Assembly (NCBI GenBank): GCA_963708025.1
Contig: CAVPSB010000014.1
Location: 352,001 to 416,000 of the forward strand
Source of the DNA: an uncultured Candidatus Rokubacteria bacterium
GTDB lineage: Bacteria > Methylomirabilota > Methylomirabilia > Rokubacteriales > DASRDR01
Direction: 5' to 3'
DNA length: 64,000 nt
Below, piece by piece: positions 29,150 through 39,015 of this stretch; the stretch's first letter is position 1, and the number at the start of each line of letters is the position of its first letter. The notes under the pieces were generated by a model. That model saw only the letters and a list, made by a program, of their open reading frames with translations. It ran no database searches and was not told the DNA's origin. The position numbers were made by a program, and so were the translations under genes.

Positions 29150-30085
29150 TCAGTCGGAGGAGAGGGCGCCGGCGGGCGTGGCGGTCGCGGCGAGATACTC
29201 CATGCCGCTCCGGCCGAACGCGAACCCGTTGCAGAAGCCGACCCGGGCGTGACGGCGGAGAGTCTCCCACCACCGCGGCTCGATCGCCCGGTCGCCGGCC
29301 AGCGCGCGCGCGAGCGCCTCCCGGTAGACGGCCCCCACCTCGGCCCGGTAGGCCGGGCTCTCCGAGGCCGCCTCGATGCGGAAGTGGCGGTGGCCGGCGG
29401 CGAGCAGGCGCGGCAGGTGCTCGAGGAGACAGACGTCGCGGCCGCTCAGGATCCCGGTGCCGACCGACTTCAGGCTCCAGTCCTCCCGCTGGAGGAACAC
29501 CTCCCGCTGGCAGAGATCGGGGCAGCGCACCCCCCAGGCCGGCGCGTGCTCCAGGAGGATGCAGGAATCCGACACCCCGAGAGACACCTTGCCGTGGACC
29601 GGGAGCTCCAGCGGGACGGAGCCGGCCGCGCCCATCGCGTCGACCTCGTCGAGCGTCACCTCGTGACTCGGCGTGACCCGGGCCACGCCGAGCGACGCGA
29701 GCGCCTCGAGCGCGGCGTCCGTGTAGACGCCGGCCAGGCTGCCGACGTGGAGGGGGAGGCCGGGGCCCGTCTCGCGGGCGAGGGCGAGGAGCCCGAGTGC
29801 GTGGACCTCCACCGCGTCCACGGCCTCCTCGGCCGCCACCTCGAGGGCGCGCCGGAGCACCGGCAGCGTCTCGTTGCGGGTCGCCGCGTACGTCGTGAGC
29901 CGCGGTCGCTTGCCGAGGGCCCGCACCAGGCGGATGGCCTCGCGCAGCTCGGCCGGCCGCTCCAGCAGATTGCCCTCGTAGAGCCGGCAGTAAACGTTGC
30001 CGAGGTAGACGGCGTCGTACGGGCCGAGATCCGACTCGCGGAGGTGGCGAAGGTTCGACACAGTCGTGCTCAGCTCGATGGTCAT
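29150..30085 (-). CDS. U32-family Fe-S hydroxylase subunit, UbiV-like
   Basis: YLGNVYC, VHGKVSLGVSDSC and CPDLC give a four-Cys pattern as in UbiV. Confidence 0.78.
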   Translation of the reverse strand: MTIELSTTVSNLRHLRESDLGPYDAVYLGNVYCRLYEGNLLERPAELREAIRLVRALGKRPRLTTYAATRNETLPVLRRALEVAAEEAVDAVEVHALGLLALARETGPGLPLHVGSLAGVYTDAALEALASLGVARVTPSHEVTLDEVDAMGAAGSVPLELPVHGKVSLGVSDSCILLEHAPAWGVRCPDLCQREVFLQREDWSLKSVGTGILSGRDVCLLEHLPRLLAAGHRHFRIEAASESPAYRAEVGAVYREALARALAGDRAIEPRWWETLRRHARVGFCNGFAFGRSGMEYLAATATPAGALSSD

Positions 30086-30092
30086 CACCCGC

Positions 30093-31001
30093 TCATCGCC
30101 CGACCACGGTCCACTGGGCCGGCAGCTCCGGCTCGGGCGGATCGGGCCAGGGCGTGCCGGCGCCCGCCGCGTCGAGGGCCCGGCGGTAGCGGGCCACGAG
30201 GGGCCCGAGCAGCACCGGCGGGAGGCTCCGGCCCTGGAGCTTGAGGACGCCCACGCCGGCCGCGAGGTAGCCGGCGACGTCCGTCAGCCGCGAGATCTGG
30301 CGGCCCGGGAACCTCTGCGCGGCCCGGTAGCCGTCGCCGGTCGTCAGCTCCCACGGCTGCTGGCAGATCCGGAAGCACGCCCCGACGCCGCCCCGCTTCA
30401 TGCTGCCCGTTTGCCGCAGGCCGTCCGCCACGTCGTCGGGCAGCGCGGTCGGCTTGAGGTGCACGTAGCTCGGCATCCAGCACTTCCCGAGGAGGAGGAA
30501 CTCCTCGACCATGTGGAGCATCACCTCGACGGTGACGCCGCCGGCCGCGACGCAGGCGGCGGCCTCGTCGGGACCGATCGTGCCGGGGAGCACGACCGCG
30601 GCCGCGCCGAGCTCCCGGAAGAACGCCACGTCGGCCGCGGTCTGGGCGCCGCAGCCGATGCTCGCCGTCACCCGGAGCGCCGGGAACCGGCGAGGCAGGG
30701 TGGCCACGAGGCCGAGGTCGTTGACGATCAGCGTGCGGACGCCGAGGTCGAGGAGGCGCGGGATCTCGGCGAGAAGCGCCGCGCGCTCGGGCGGGCGGGG
30801 GATCGTGTTGATCGCAACCTGGATCTCGGCGCCCCGCACCGTCGCGCGCCGGACCGCGGCCGCCAGCTCATCCCGGTCCAGCTCGCCGCGGGCCCCCCCG
30901 CGGCTCCAGCCCTTGAGGCCGACGTAGACGGCGTCGGCGCCGGCCTCGAGCGCGGCGTCCAGGGCCTCGGGACTTCCGGCGGGGGCGAGGAGGAGGGCCA
31001 T
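30093..31001 (-). CDS. U32-family Fe-S hydroxylase subunit, UbiU/TrhP-like
   Basis: LLAPAGS, GADAVYVG, EVxxH, GKC, GACFRIC and KLQGR motifs. Confidence 0.8.
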   Translation of the reverse strand: MALLLAPAGSPEALDAALEAGADAVYVGLKGWSRGGARGELDRDELAAAVRRATVRGAEIQVAINTIPRPPERAALLAEIPRLLDLGVRTLIVNDLGLVATLPRRFPALRVTASIGCGAQTAADVAFFRELGAAAVVLPGTIGPDEAAACVAAGGVTVEVMLHMVEEFLLLGKCWMPSYVHLKPTALPDDVADGLRQTGSMKRGGVGACFRICQQPWELTTGDGYRAAQRFPGRQISRLTDVAGYLAAGVGVLKLQGRSLPPVLLGPLVARYRRALDAAGAGTPWPDPPEPELPAQWTVVGR

Positions 31002-31238
31002 GACGCCGTCAGCGTCCGGGAAAGGCGGCGGGAAGTCAAGCACCGGCCGGCTGCGGCCAGAGGTCGAGGTCCATCTCCTCCAGTGACTAGGGGTCAATAG
31101 ATAGATTGCAGGTCGAACGACTGCATGGATCGCTCGTCGGAGCGAAGCGAGGCATGCAGTTGTTTCCTTGGCCCCTCCGTTCGACAAGTACGTTCGCCGA
31201 CGGGCACTCTTGCAGTTTCGCCGGCACCGGCGCCGTCG

Positions 31239-32183
31239 CTACCGAAACAGGCGCGAGACGCTCGAACCGTCGTGGATGGCATGAATCGCGTCTGCGAAGA
31301 GCCGCGCCACCGACTTGACTTGGATCTTGGCGATGCGCTTGCGCGCCGGGAGCGGGAGGGTGTCTGTCACCACGAGCTGGCGAAGCGGTGAGGCCTCGAT
31401 GCGCTCGATGGCCTTCCCCGACAGCACGGCGTGGACGACACAGGCTTCCGCCGCGACCGCGCCATGCTCGAGCACGAAGCGCGCCGCCTCGACGAGGGTT
31501 CCACCGCTCGCCACCTCGTCATCGACGATGAGGGCGACTTTTCCCTCGACGTCACCGATCAGATTCACCGCGCGCGCGATCTCGTCGTCCCCGTAGCGCC
31601 GCTTGTCCACAATCGCGATCGGCAAGTCCAAGCGGGCCGCGTAGTGGCCGACGTCTTTCGACTCGCCCACGTCGCCAGCGACGAGCACGTAGTTCGCGAG
31701 GTCACGGCTCTCGCGCAGGTAGCCGCACAGGATCGGCGCGGCCTGGAGCTGGTCAACCGGGATGTGAAAAAAGCCCTGCACCTGAGGCGAGTGCAGGTTC
31801 ATGGTGAGGATGCGGTTGGCGCCGGCCGTTTGCAGCAGGTCCGCCATGAGGCGCGCGGCAATCGAGATGCGGGGCCGATCCTTCTTGTCAGAGCGCGCGT
31901 AGGGGAAGTATGGCAGCACGGCGGTGATGCGCCCCGCAGACGCGTGCCTGAGGGCGTCGATCGTCATCAGCAACTCGATGATTCCGTCCGAGACCGGCGG
32001 GCACGAGGGCTGGATCACGAAGACGTCCGCCTCACGAACGTTTTCATCGATCTGGACCAGCATGTTCTCATTGGAGAAGCGCACGACTGTCGTGGGGCAG
32101 AGGTCGGTACCCAGACACTTGCAGATGTCCCGCGCCAGCTCTGGATGAGCGGTGCCGCTGATCACCTTGACGGCGCCGACCAT
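31239..32183 (-). CDS. prs: Ribose-phosphate pyrophosphokinase (PRPP synthetase)
   Basis: FSNEN, PYFPYARSDKK, LHSPQVQGFF, VDKRR, IVDDEVASGGTL and VVTDT motifs. Confidence 0.93.
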   Translation of the reverse strand: MVGAVKVISGTAHPELARDICKCLGTDLCPTTVVRFSNENMLVQIDENVREADVFVIQPSCPPVSDGIIELLMTIDALRHASAGRITAVLPYFPYARSDKKDRPRISIAARLMADLLQTAGANRILTMNLHSPQVQGFFHIPVDQLQAAPILCGYLRESRDLANYVLVAGDVGESKDVGHYAARLDLPIAIVDKRRYGDDEIARAVNLIGDVEGKVALIVDDEVASGGTLVEAARFVLEHGAVAAEACVVHAVLSGKAIERIEASPLRQLVVTDTLPLPARKRIAKIQVKSVARLFADAIHAIHDGSSVSRLFR

Positions 32184-32356
32184 GCCCCCTCCCTGGGTGG
32201 ACGAACCGCGCACGGACCCTTCCCAACCGAGCGGCCGTGATGTCCAGCGCCCGAACCCCAGCACCGACTCTTCAACGTCCTTGTGATTCCTCGAACCCCA
32301 GCCTGGATGATACCAAGCCTTGTCCGGGAAGTGGCACGCCGACCGTTGGCATGTGC

Positions 32357-32428
32357 GCCGAACGCCCGCGGGGAGCGGCCGCAGCGAGCGAATGCGAGCT
32401 CGCGGTTCGCTCGACTGCGATGTTGGGC
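32357..32428 (-). mobile_element. attC-like integron cassette recombination site (imperfect)
   Basis: Minus strand: R'' GCCCAAC, 5 nt, L'' AGTCGAGC, palindromic core, L' GCTCCCC, 6 nt, R' GTTCGGC; 72 bp. Confidence 0.68.
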
Positions 32429-32480
32429 AGCCGTGAACAACACCGATCGCGCCACACCAGGAGTGCCAGATGCGCGCCGA

Positions 32481-32558
32481 TCACCGAACCAGCTGATCTG
32501 CCCGCAACAGCACCGACGGCGGGATCGTGAGGTCGAGGATCCTGGCGGTCTCGAGGTT
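32481..32558 (-). pseudogene. C-terminal remnant of an ABC_sub_bind (putative Trp/Tyr-type) substrate-binding protein
   Basis: Manual translation NLETARILDLTIPPSVLLRADQLVR* matches the NLKTAKALGLTIPPSLLLRADQVI-type C-terminus. Confidence 0.65.
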
Positions 32559-32716
32559 CCTCAGCACCGGGCTCTCCCAGGATCTGGGACGAGGCGGTCC
32601 AGCATCGCCAGCGAGGGGCCGGAGCTCACCCAGCAGTTATGGCGTCACCGGAAGGGCGGGAGGAAGGCTCGGGGTCGGCGCCGGTTTTCCGATACACTGG
32701 GAGCGGGGTGAAGTCG

Positions 32717-33634
32717 ATGGACGTCGGGATGCGCGTGCTGATCGGGACCGAGGACGGCCTTCACGAGCTGGGCGGGCGGGAGCGGCACGAGCTGGTCGGG
32801 CGGCCGGTGACGGCCCTCGTCGGCGACCGCGGGCGCTGGTGGGCGATCCTCGACGGGCGGACGATCGCCGCCCGGGCCGGTGACGGCGCCTGGGACGAGC
32901 TGGCCACCGTCGCCGAGGGGACGGCGACCTGCCTGGCGGTCTCACCGGATGGACTGCTGGTCGGGACTGCGGGCGCCCATCTCTTCCGGCTGGACGGCGA
33001 CGCGCTCTCCCGGCTCCCGGCCTTCGAGACAGTGGCCGGGCGCGAGGGGTGGTACACGCCCTGGGGCGATCCCCCCGACACGCGCTCCCTCGCGGTCGAT
33101 CGGGCGGGGACGATCTACGCGAACGTCCACGTCGGCGGCGTCGTGCGCTCCACGGACGGTGGGCGCTCCTGGCGGCCCACGCTCGACATCGAGGCCGACG
33201 TCCACCAGGTGCTGGCTCACCCGGATCGGCCGGGGCACGTCTTCGCCGCGAGCGCGGTCGGGCTCGAGACGACCGAGGACGGCGGGGAGACCTGGCGCAC
33301 CGTGACCGACGGCCTCCACGCGACCTACATGCGGGCGGTCGCTGTCATCGGCGACGGCGTCCTGGTCTCGGCGTCCACCGGCCCCGGAGGCCGGCGGTCG
33401 GCGCTGTATCGCCGGGCGCTCGCCGGCGGCGCCTTCGAGCGCTGCCGGAGCGGGTTGCCCGAATGGTTCGGGGACAACGTGGACACCCATTGCCTCGCTG
33501 CCCGGGGCCGCTCGGTCGTGCTCGGCACCGAGGACGGCCGGGTCTTCGCGTCCGCCGACGACGGCCGCGGCTTCGGGCTTCTGGCCAAGGGGTTGCCCCC
33601 GGTTCGCTGCGTGGCGCTGGCCGGCACCGACTGA
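32717..33634 (+). CDS. BNR/Asp-box beta-propeller protein (glycosyl hydrolase-like)
   Basis: Asp-boxes STDGGRSW, TEDGGETW and SADDGRGF. Confidence 0.8.
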   Translation: MDVGMRVLIGTEDGLHELGGRERHELVGRPVTALVGDRGRWWAILDGRTIAARAGDGAWDELATVAEGTATCLAVSPDGLLVGTAGAHLFRLDGDALSRLPAFETVAGREGWYTPWGDPPDTRSLAVDRAGTIYANVHVGGVVRSTDGGRSWRPTLDIEADVHQVLAHPDRPGHVFAASAVGLETTEDGGETWRTVTDGLHATYMRAVAVIGDGVLVSASTGPGGRRSALYRRALAGGAFERCRSGLPEWFGDNVDTHCLAARGRSVVLGTEDGRVFASADDGRGFGLLAKGLPPVRCVALAGTD

Positions 33635-33647
33635 CCGACTGCACCGG

Positions 33648-34355
33648 GTGACCGCGTCGCTCCGGATCCTCACCGCCAACCTGCTGAACGGAGGCGCCGA
33701 CCCGCTGGCCTTCGCGCGGCTGGTCGAGGCGCTCGCCCCGGACGTCGTGGCGGTGCAGGAGCTGGCGCCCCCGCAGGCCGACGCGCTCACCGCGGTCCTG
33801 CCGTTCGGGAAGCTCGAGCCGTCCCGGGATCACATGGGGATGGGCATCGCGCTGCGGCGGCCGGGGGCGGTCTCCCGCGTCCCGCTGCCGCACCGGTCCG
33901 CGTACGCCGCCGAGGTCGAGCTCGAGGAGTGTCCGGGCCGCCCGATCGAGATCGTCAACGTCCACATCGCGGCGCCGCACCGGCCGCCGCCGTGGTGGGC
34001 GCTCCCCTATCGCCGCCGCCAGCTCCGTGCGCTGGAGGCGTACCTCGACGGGGCGGCGCGCCCGCACCGGGCCCTGACCGGGGACCTGAACTCCACGCCG
34101 ATGTGGCCGCTGTACCGGCGCCTGGCCCGCCGCTTCCGGGACGCCGCGCTCGAAGCCGCGGCGCGGGACGGCGGGCGGACGGCGCCGACCTGGGGCCCGT
34201 GGCCGGGCTCCCCGCGCCTGCTCCGCATCGACCACGTCCTGGTCGCCGGGCTCGATGTCCGCGGGGTCCGGGTGGTGCCGATCGCGGGAAGCGACCACAG
34301 CGCCCTCGTCGTGGACCTCGCGCTGCCCGGCGGAGCCGCGCATCCCGGCGACTGA
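33648..34355 (+). CDS. Endonuclease/exonuclease/phosphatase (EEP) family protein
   Basis: TAN, DVVAVQE, GDLN, RIDH and GSDH motifs. Confidence 0.88.
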   Translation: MTASLRILTANLLNGGADPLAFARLVEALAPDVVAVQELAPPQADALTAVLPFGKLEPSRDHMGMGIALRRPGAVSRVPLPHRSAYAAEVELEECPGRPIEIVNVHIAAPHRPPPWWALPYRRRQLRALEAYLDGAARPHRALTGDLNSTPMWPLYRRLARRFRDAALEAAARDGGRTAPTWGPWPGSPRLLRIDHVLVAGLDVRGVRVVPIAGSDHSALVVDLALPGGAAHPGD

Positions 34356-34365
34356 CGGCCGCGCT

Positions 34366-35049
34366 CTGGGCGCGCTGGCGCTGGCGTTCCGGCGCGTCTC
34401 CAAGGTGTACGCCTCGCCCGGCAACGAGGCGCGTGTGGCGCTCCACGAGGTGTCCTTCGAGCTGCCCGCCCGGCGCCGGATCGCCGTCGTCGGCCGGAGC
34501 GGCAGCGGCAAGTCCACGCTCCTCCACCTGGCCGCCGGCATCGATCGGCCCACCGGAGGCGAGGTCGAGATCGGCGGCCAGCGCCTCGGCGACCTCTCGG
34601 ATCGGGCGCGGACGCTGCTCCGGCGAGAGACGATCGGCCTCGTCTTCCAGTTCTTCCACCTGCTGCCCCAGCTCTCCGTCGCCGACAATGTCGCCCTGCC
34701 GGAGCTGATCGCCGGGGGGCGGCCGGCTGCGTTCGGGCCCCGGGTGCGCGAACTGCTGGGGCGCGTGGGGCTCGCCGACCGCGCCGCGGACCCGGTCCAG
34801 GCGCTCAGCGGCGGCGAGCAGCAGCGGGTCGCCATCTGCCGGGCGCTCGTCCGCCGGCCGCGCCTCCTGCTCGCCGACGAGCCGACCGGGAACCTCGACG
34901 ACGCGAGCGGCCGCCTGGTCATGGAGCTGATGCTCGCTCTCGTCGCGGAGGAGGGGAGCACGCTCCTCTACGTGACCCACAGCCGCGAGTTCGCCGCCCT
35001 CGCCGACGAGACCTGGCAGCTCCAGAGCGGGAGGCTGGCCCGGCCGTGA
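34366..35049 (+). CDS. ABC transporter ATP-binding protein (LolD/AttE-like); start uncertain, possibly CTG
   Basis: GRSGSGKST, VFQFFHLL, LSGGEQQRV, ADEPTGNLD and VTH motifs. Confidence 0.88.
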   Translation: MGALALAFRRVSKVYASPGNEARVALHEVSFELPARRRIAVVGRSGSGKSTLLHLAAGIDRPTGGEVEIGGQRLGDLSDRARTLLRRETIGLVFQFFHLLPQLSVADNVALPELIAGGRPAAFGPRVRELLGRVGLADRAADPVQALSGGEQQRVAICRALVRRPRLLLADEPTGNLDDASGRLVMELMLALVAEEGSTLLYVTHSREFAALADETWQLQSGRLARP

Positions 35050-37581
35050 TCCGCTACGCGCTCCGGACGCTCGCCGCCCACCTGCGGGCGAGCCCCAGCC
35101 TGTACCTGCTCACGGTGGTCGGCGCCGCGCTCGGGGTCGCGTCAGTGCTCTCGATCCAGATCATCACGCGGAACGCGATCGGCGCCTTCGCGGCCAGCGT
35201 CCAGGCCGTCAGCGGCGACGCCGACCTGAGCGTGCTCGGGCGGACCCCGGTGTTCCCGGAGCGGCTGTACCCGGAGGTCCTCGCCGAGGCCGGGGTGGCG
35301 GCGGCGTGGCCGCTCTACCGGGTCGACGTGGCCCTCGCGGGGGCGGACCGGGTGTTCCTCGAGGTCGTCGGGGTGGATCTGGTCGCGCCCCGGCGGGTGC
35401 CGTGGCGGGGCGAGGCGCCGCGGGCGGAGGCGCTCGCCGACGCCCTCGGCCGGCCGGGCTGGGTCGCCGTCACGCCGGCGCTCGCGTCGAGAATGGGCTG
35501 GCGGGTCGGCGACGCGTTCGAGGTGACGAGCGGCTCGCGGCGGGCCCGCCTGGTGGTGGGCGCGCTCGTGGACCTCCAGCAGCGGAGCCCCGGCGCCAGC
35601 GCGCGCCTCTGTCTCATGGACATCGCCCAGGCCCAGAGCCTGCTCGGCCGTCCGGGGTGGCTCCACCAGATCGACGTCCGGGCGGCCCCCGGCGCGGATG
35701 TCGCCGCGCTGGCCGGGCGGCTTCGCGCGCGGCTGGGTCCCGGGGTGCAGGTGGTCACCACGACCGAGCGCGAGGACCGGGTGGCGGGGCTGCTCGGCGC
35801 CTTCCGCCTCAACCTGACGGCGCTCAGCCTGGTCAGCCTGTTCGTCGGCCTGTTCCTCGTCCACGAGAGCACGCAGGCCTCGCTCGTCCGGCGCCGGGCC
35901 GAGTTCGGCCTGCTGCGCGCGCTGGGCGCCACCCGCGGCCAGGTCCTCGGGCTGATCCTGGCGGAGACGGTCCTGCTGGGTCTCGCCGGGGTCGCCCTCG
36001 GGCTGCCGCTCGGGTACCGGATCGCGGCGGCGAACGTCGACGTCGTGAGCGCGACGCTGACCAACCTCTACCTGCTCGAGGCGATCGAGACTCTCGATCT
36101 GCCCCTCTGGATGGTCGGGCTGGCCGCGCTCATCGGGGTCGGCGGGGCCCTGGCCGGTGGCCTGCTGCCGGCCCTCGACCTCGGACGGCGGTCGCCGACG
36201 GCGCTCCTGGCCGCGTTCACGCTGCACGCCGAGACGCGCTCGCTGGCCCGGCCGCTCTTCGGGGCGGGCTGGGGGGTGCTCGCCCTCGCCGGGCTCTGGT
36301 ACTGGTGGCTCGGTCGGACGTGGCAGCCGGCCGGGTTCGTCCTCGGGATCGCCCTCCTGGTCGCGATCCCGCTGCTCACCCCGTACGTGGTCGAGCGGGC
36401 GGCCGGCGGGATCCGCGTGCGGGGCTTCGGGCTCGGCTACAGCCTGAAGAGCCTGGCGACCCGGCTCCAGACCACCTCCTTCGCGGTCGCCTCCCTGGCC
36501 ATCGCGGTCAGCCTGCTGGTCGGCATCACGTTGATGATCGGGAGCTTCCGCCGCACCGTGGAGGTCTCGGTGGAGACCACGGTGCGGGCGGACGTCTACG
36601 TCACCACCCCCTCGTGGGCGCGGGCGGGATCGGAGGCGACGCTCGACCCGGCGCTCGTGGCGACGCTGAGCGGGCACCCGGGCGTGGCCTACGTCGACCG
36701 GCTCCGCCGGTTCGGCGGCCACGTCGGGGAGCGGCGGGTGGCGGTCGTCGGGGTCGACATGGCGCTGCCGGGGCGCGAGCGGCGCTTCACGCCTCCTCGG
36801 GGGCGACCCGCTGGAGGCGATCCGCCGGGTGCGGGAGGAGGGCGCCGTCCTGATCAGCGAGCCGCTGGCCCGCAAGGCCGGACTCGGCGCCGGCGATCGC
36901 CTGGAGATCGCGGGAGCGGCCGGCCCGGAAGCGTTCCGCGTCGCCGGCGTCTACTACGACTACAGCACCGAGGCCGGCGCGGTGGTCATGGACCTCGGGA
37001 CGCTGGGGGCCCGCTTCGGCGCCGGCGAGATCAACAGCCTCGCCCTGTACCTCGAGCCCGGCCGGGATCCCGAGCGCGTGATCGACGAGCTGCGCGCGCG
37101 CGTGGGCCCGGCGCCGCTGGTCTTCCGCCCGAACCGGCAGCTCCGCCGGGAGATCTTCGCGATCTTCGACCAGACCTTCGCCGTCACCCGCATCCTGCAG
37201 CTCATGAGCCTGCTGATCGCGGTGTCCGGCGTCACGCTGACGCTCCTCGTGCTCGCCCGCGAGCGCGTCTCCGAGCTGGCGCTCTACCGCTCGCTCGGCG
37301 CCTCGCGCCGGCAGATCTTCGGGCTCTTCGTCGGCAAGGGGCTCTCGATGGCGGCGCTCGCGCTGGCGCTGGGCCTGGCCGGCGGGATCGCGCTGGCCGG
37401 CATCCTGGTGTTCGTGATCAACCGGGCGTACTTCGGCTGGACGATCCAGGTGCACTGGGCCTGGCGGCCGGTCCTCCAGCAGGTGGGGACCATCGTGGCC
37501 GCGGCCGTCCTCGCCAGCGTCTACCCGGCGCTGCGCGCCAGCCGGACGCCGGCGACCGAGCTGAGCCGTGACGACCTGTAG
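35046..37581 (+). CDS. FtsX-like ABC permease (AttF/G-type), one +1 frameshift near 36791
   Basis: Two FtsX halves (RRRAEFGLLRALGA; RERVSELALYRSLGA; INRAYFGWT). The C-terminus continues in ORF 36829..37581. Confidence 0.87.
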
Positions 37582-38722
37582 CCGCCTGGTGGTCGCCGCG
37601 GCGCTCCTGGTGGCCGGCCTCGCGGCCGGCGCCGAGGTCTGGGAGCCGGCGCGGCCGGATTACGGGTGGGCCTTCCCGCGGGACCACTGGGCGCGCCCCG
37701 GCTACCGCACCGAGTGGTGGTACCTCACCGGCCACCTCGCGGCGGCCGGCGACCCGGCCCGGCGCTTCGGCTACCAGTTCACGCTGTTCCGCGTCGGCGT
37801 GCGGCGCGAGCCGCCGGAGCTCGCCTCCGGGTGGGCGGCCCACAACCTGGTCATGGGCCACGCCGCCGTCACGGACCTCGAGGGGCGCCGCCACGTCTTC
37901 AGCGAGCTGCTCTATCGCGAGACGGCGCTCCTGGGCGGCTTCGGGCGCTACCCCGATTCGCGGCTGGCCTGGAGCCGGGCCCCGGCGGGGACGGACGGGG
38001 AGTGGACGCTTCGCTGGAACGGGCAGGCGTTCGACGTGACGATGGCCGACCGGGCGCGCGGGATCGCGTACACGCTCGTCACCCGGCCGCTCAAGCCGCT
38101 CGTCTTCCAGGGCCCGAACGGCTACAGCCGGAAGGGCGCCGCCTCGACGGCGGCCAGCCAGTACTACTCGTTCACGCGGCTCGGGACCGAGGGGACGCTC
38201 ACGCTCGACGGCCGGACGGTCGCGGTGCGGGGCGAGAGCTGGATGGACAAGGAGTTCGGCTCGAGCCAGCTCGGCGAGAGCCAGGTCGGCTGGGACTGGT
38301 TCAGCCTCCAGCTCGCCGACGGCCGGGAGCTGATGCTCTACCTCCTCCGCGACCGGGCCGGGCGGACGGACTTCGGGCACGGCACCCTGGTGTCGCGGGC
38401 GGGGGAGCCGCGCTACCTCGCCGCGGGAGAGTTCGCCGTGCGCGCGACGCGGAGCTGGACGAGTCGCGCGAGCGGCGCCGAGTACCCGGCGGGCTGGATC
38501 GTCGAGGTGGCGGGCGCGGGCCTTCGCCTCGAGGTGGCGCCGGAGCTGGACGACCAGGAGAACCGGAGCGAGCTGGTCCGCGACCTGGCCTACTGGGAGG
38601 GCGCGGTCACCGTGCGCGGCCCGGACGGCGCACCTGCCGGCCGCGGCTACGTCGAGCTGACCGGCTACGGGAGCACGCGCCGGCCGCCTTCCTTGACAAG
38701 GATGCCGTCCTTGCTAGAGTAA
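37568..38722 (+). CDS. AttH/CrtC-like lipocalin-domain secreted protein
   Basis: FPRDH, TEWWY, FGYQFTLFR, YYS, WMDKEF, GWDWF, YWEG and GYVELTGY motifs. Confidence 0.9.
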   Translation: MTTCSRLVVAAALLVAGLAAGAEVWEPARPDYGWAFPRDHWARPGYRTEWWYLTGHLAAAGDPARRFGYQFTLFRVGVRREPPELASGWAAHNLVMGHAAVTDLEGRRHVFSELLYRETALLGGFGRYPDSRLAWSRAPAGTDGEWTLRWNGQAFDVTMADRARGIAYTLVTRPLKPLVFQGPNGYSRKGAASTAASQYYSFTRLGTEGTLTLDGRTVAVRGESWMDKEFGSSQLGESQVGWDWFSLQLADGRELMLYLLRDRAGRTDFGHGTLVSRAGEPRYLAAGEFAVRATRSWTSRASGAEYPAGWIVEVAGAGLRLEVAPELDDQENRSELVRDLAYWEGAVTVRGPDGAPAGRGYVELTGYGSTRRPPSLTRMPSLLE

Positions 38723-38727
38723 GGACC
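38693..38727 (+). promoter_or_regulatory. Sigma70 promoter/operator of the AbrB-VapC module, leaderless geometry
   Basis: TTGACA, 16 nt, (TGC)TAGAGT, 7 nt, ATG. Inverted repeat CAAGGA-N5-TCCTTG between the boxes. Confidence 0.72.
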
Positions 38728-39015
38728 ATGGCGAAGGTGACCAGCAAGCTCCAGGTCACGGTACCGAAGGCCCTGGCGGACCGGTACGGGATCCGACCCG
38801 GAGACGAGATCGAGTGGGTGGCGTCGGGAGCGACGATCCGCGTCGTGCCGCCGGGGCGGAAGATGCACGGGCTGACCGTCGAGGCCAGGCTCAAGCTGTT
38901 CGATGCCGCCACCGAGCGGCAGCGGCGACGGCAGTCGCGTGGTGGCCGGACGCGGACCGGGGCTGACCGGGGGTGGCGCCGGGAGGATCTCTACACCCGT
39001 GGCCGCCCTCGTTGA
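38728..39015 (+). CDS. AbrB/MazE/SpoVT-family antitoxin
   Basis: MAKVTSKLQVTVPKALADRYGIRPGDEIEW; overlaps the PIN gene. Confidence 0.88.
   Translation: MAKVTSKLQVTVPKALADRYGIRPGDEIEWVASGATIRVVPPGRKMHGLTVEARLKLFDAATERQRRRQSRGGRTRTGADRGWRREDLYTRGRPR

Noticed and set aside
31112-31185. Canonical attC downstream of prs
   Set aside because: The outer GTCGAAC/GTTCGAC pair is present but the L boxes do not match; kept only as a nested inverted repeat.
31239-32183. Phage-type NAD+ reconstitution (NARP1 Adps-like) gene
   Set aside because: No nicotinamide transferase partner or phage genes; the sequence looks like a full class I-type Prs.
37568-38722. Carotenoid 1,2-hydratase CrtC
   Set aside because: No crt genes nearby; the signal peptide and ABC partners fit the AttH-type context.
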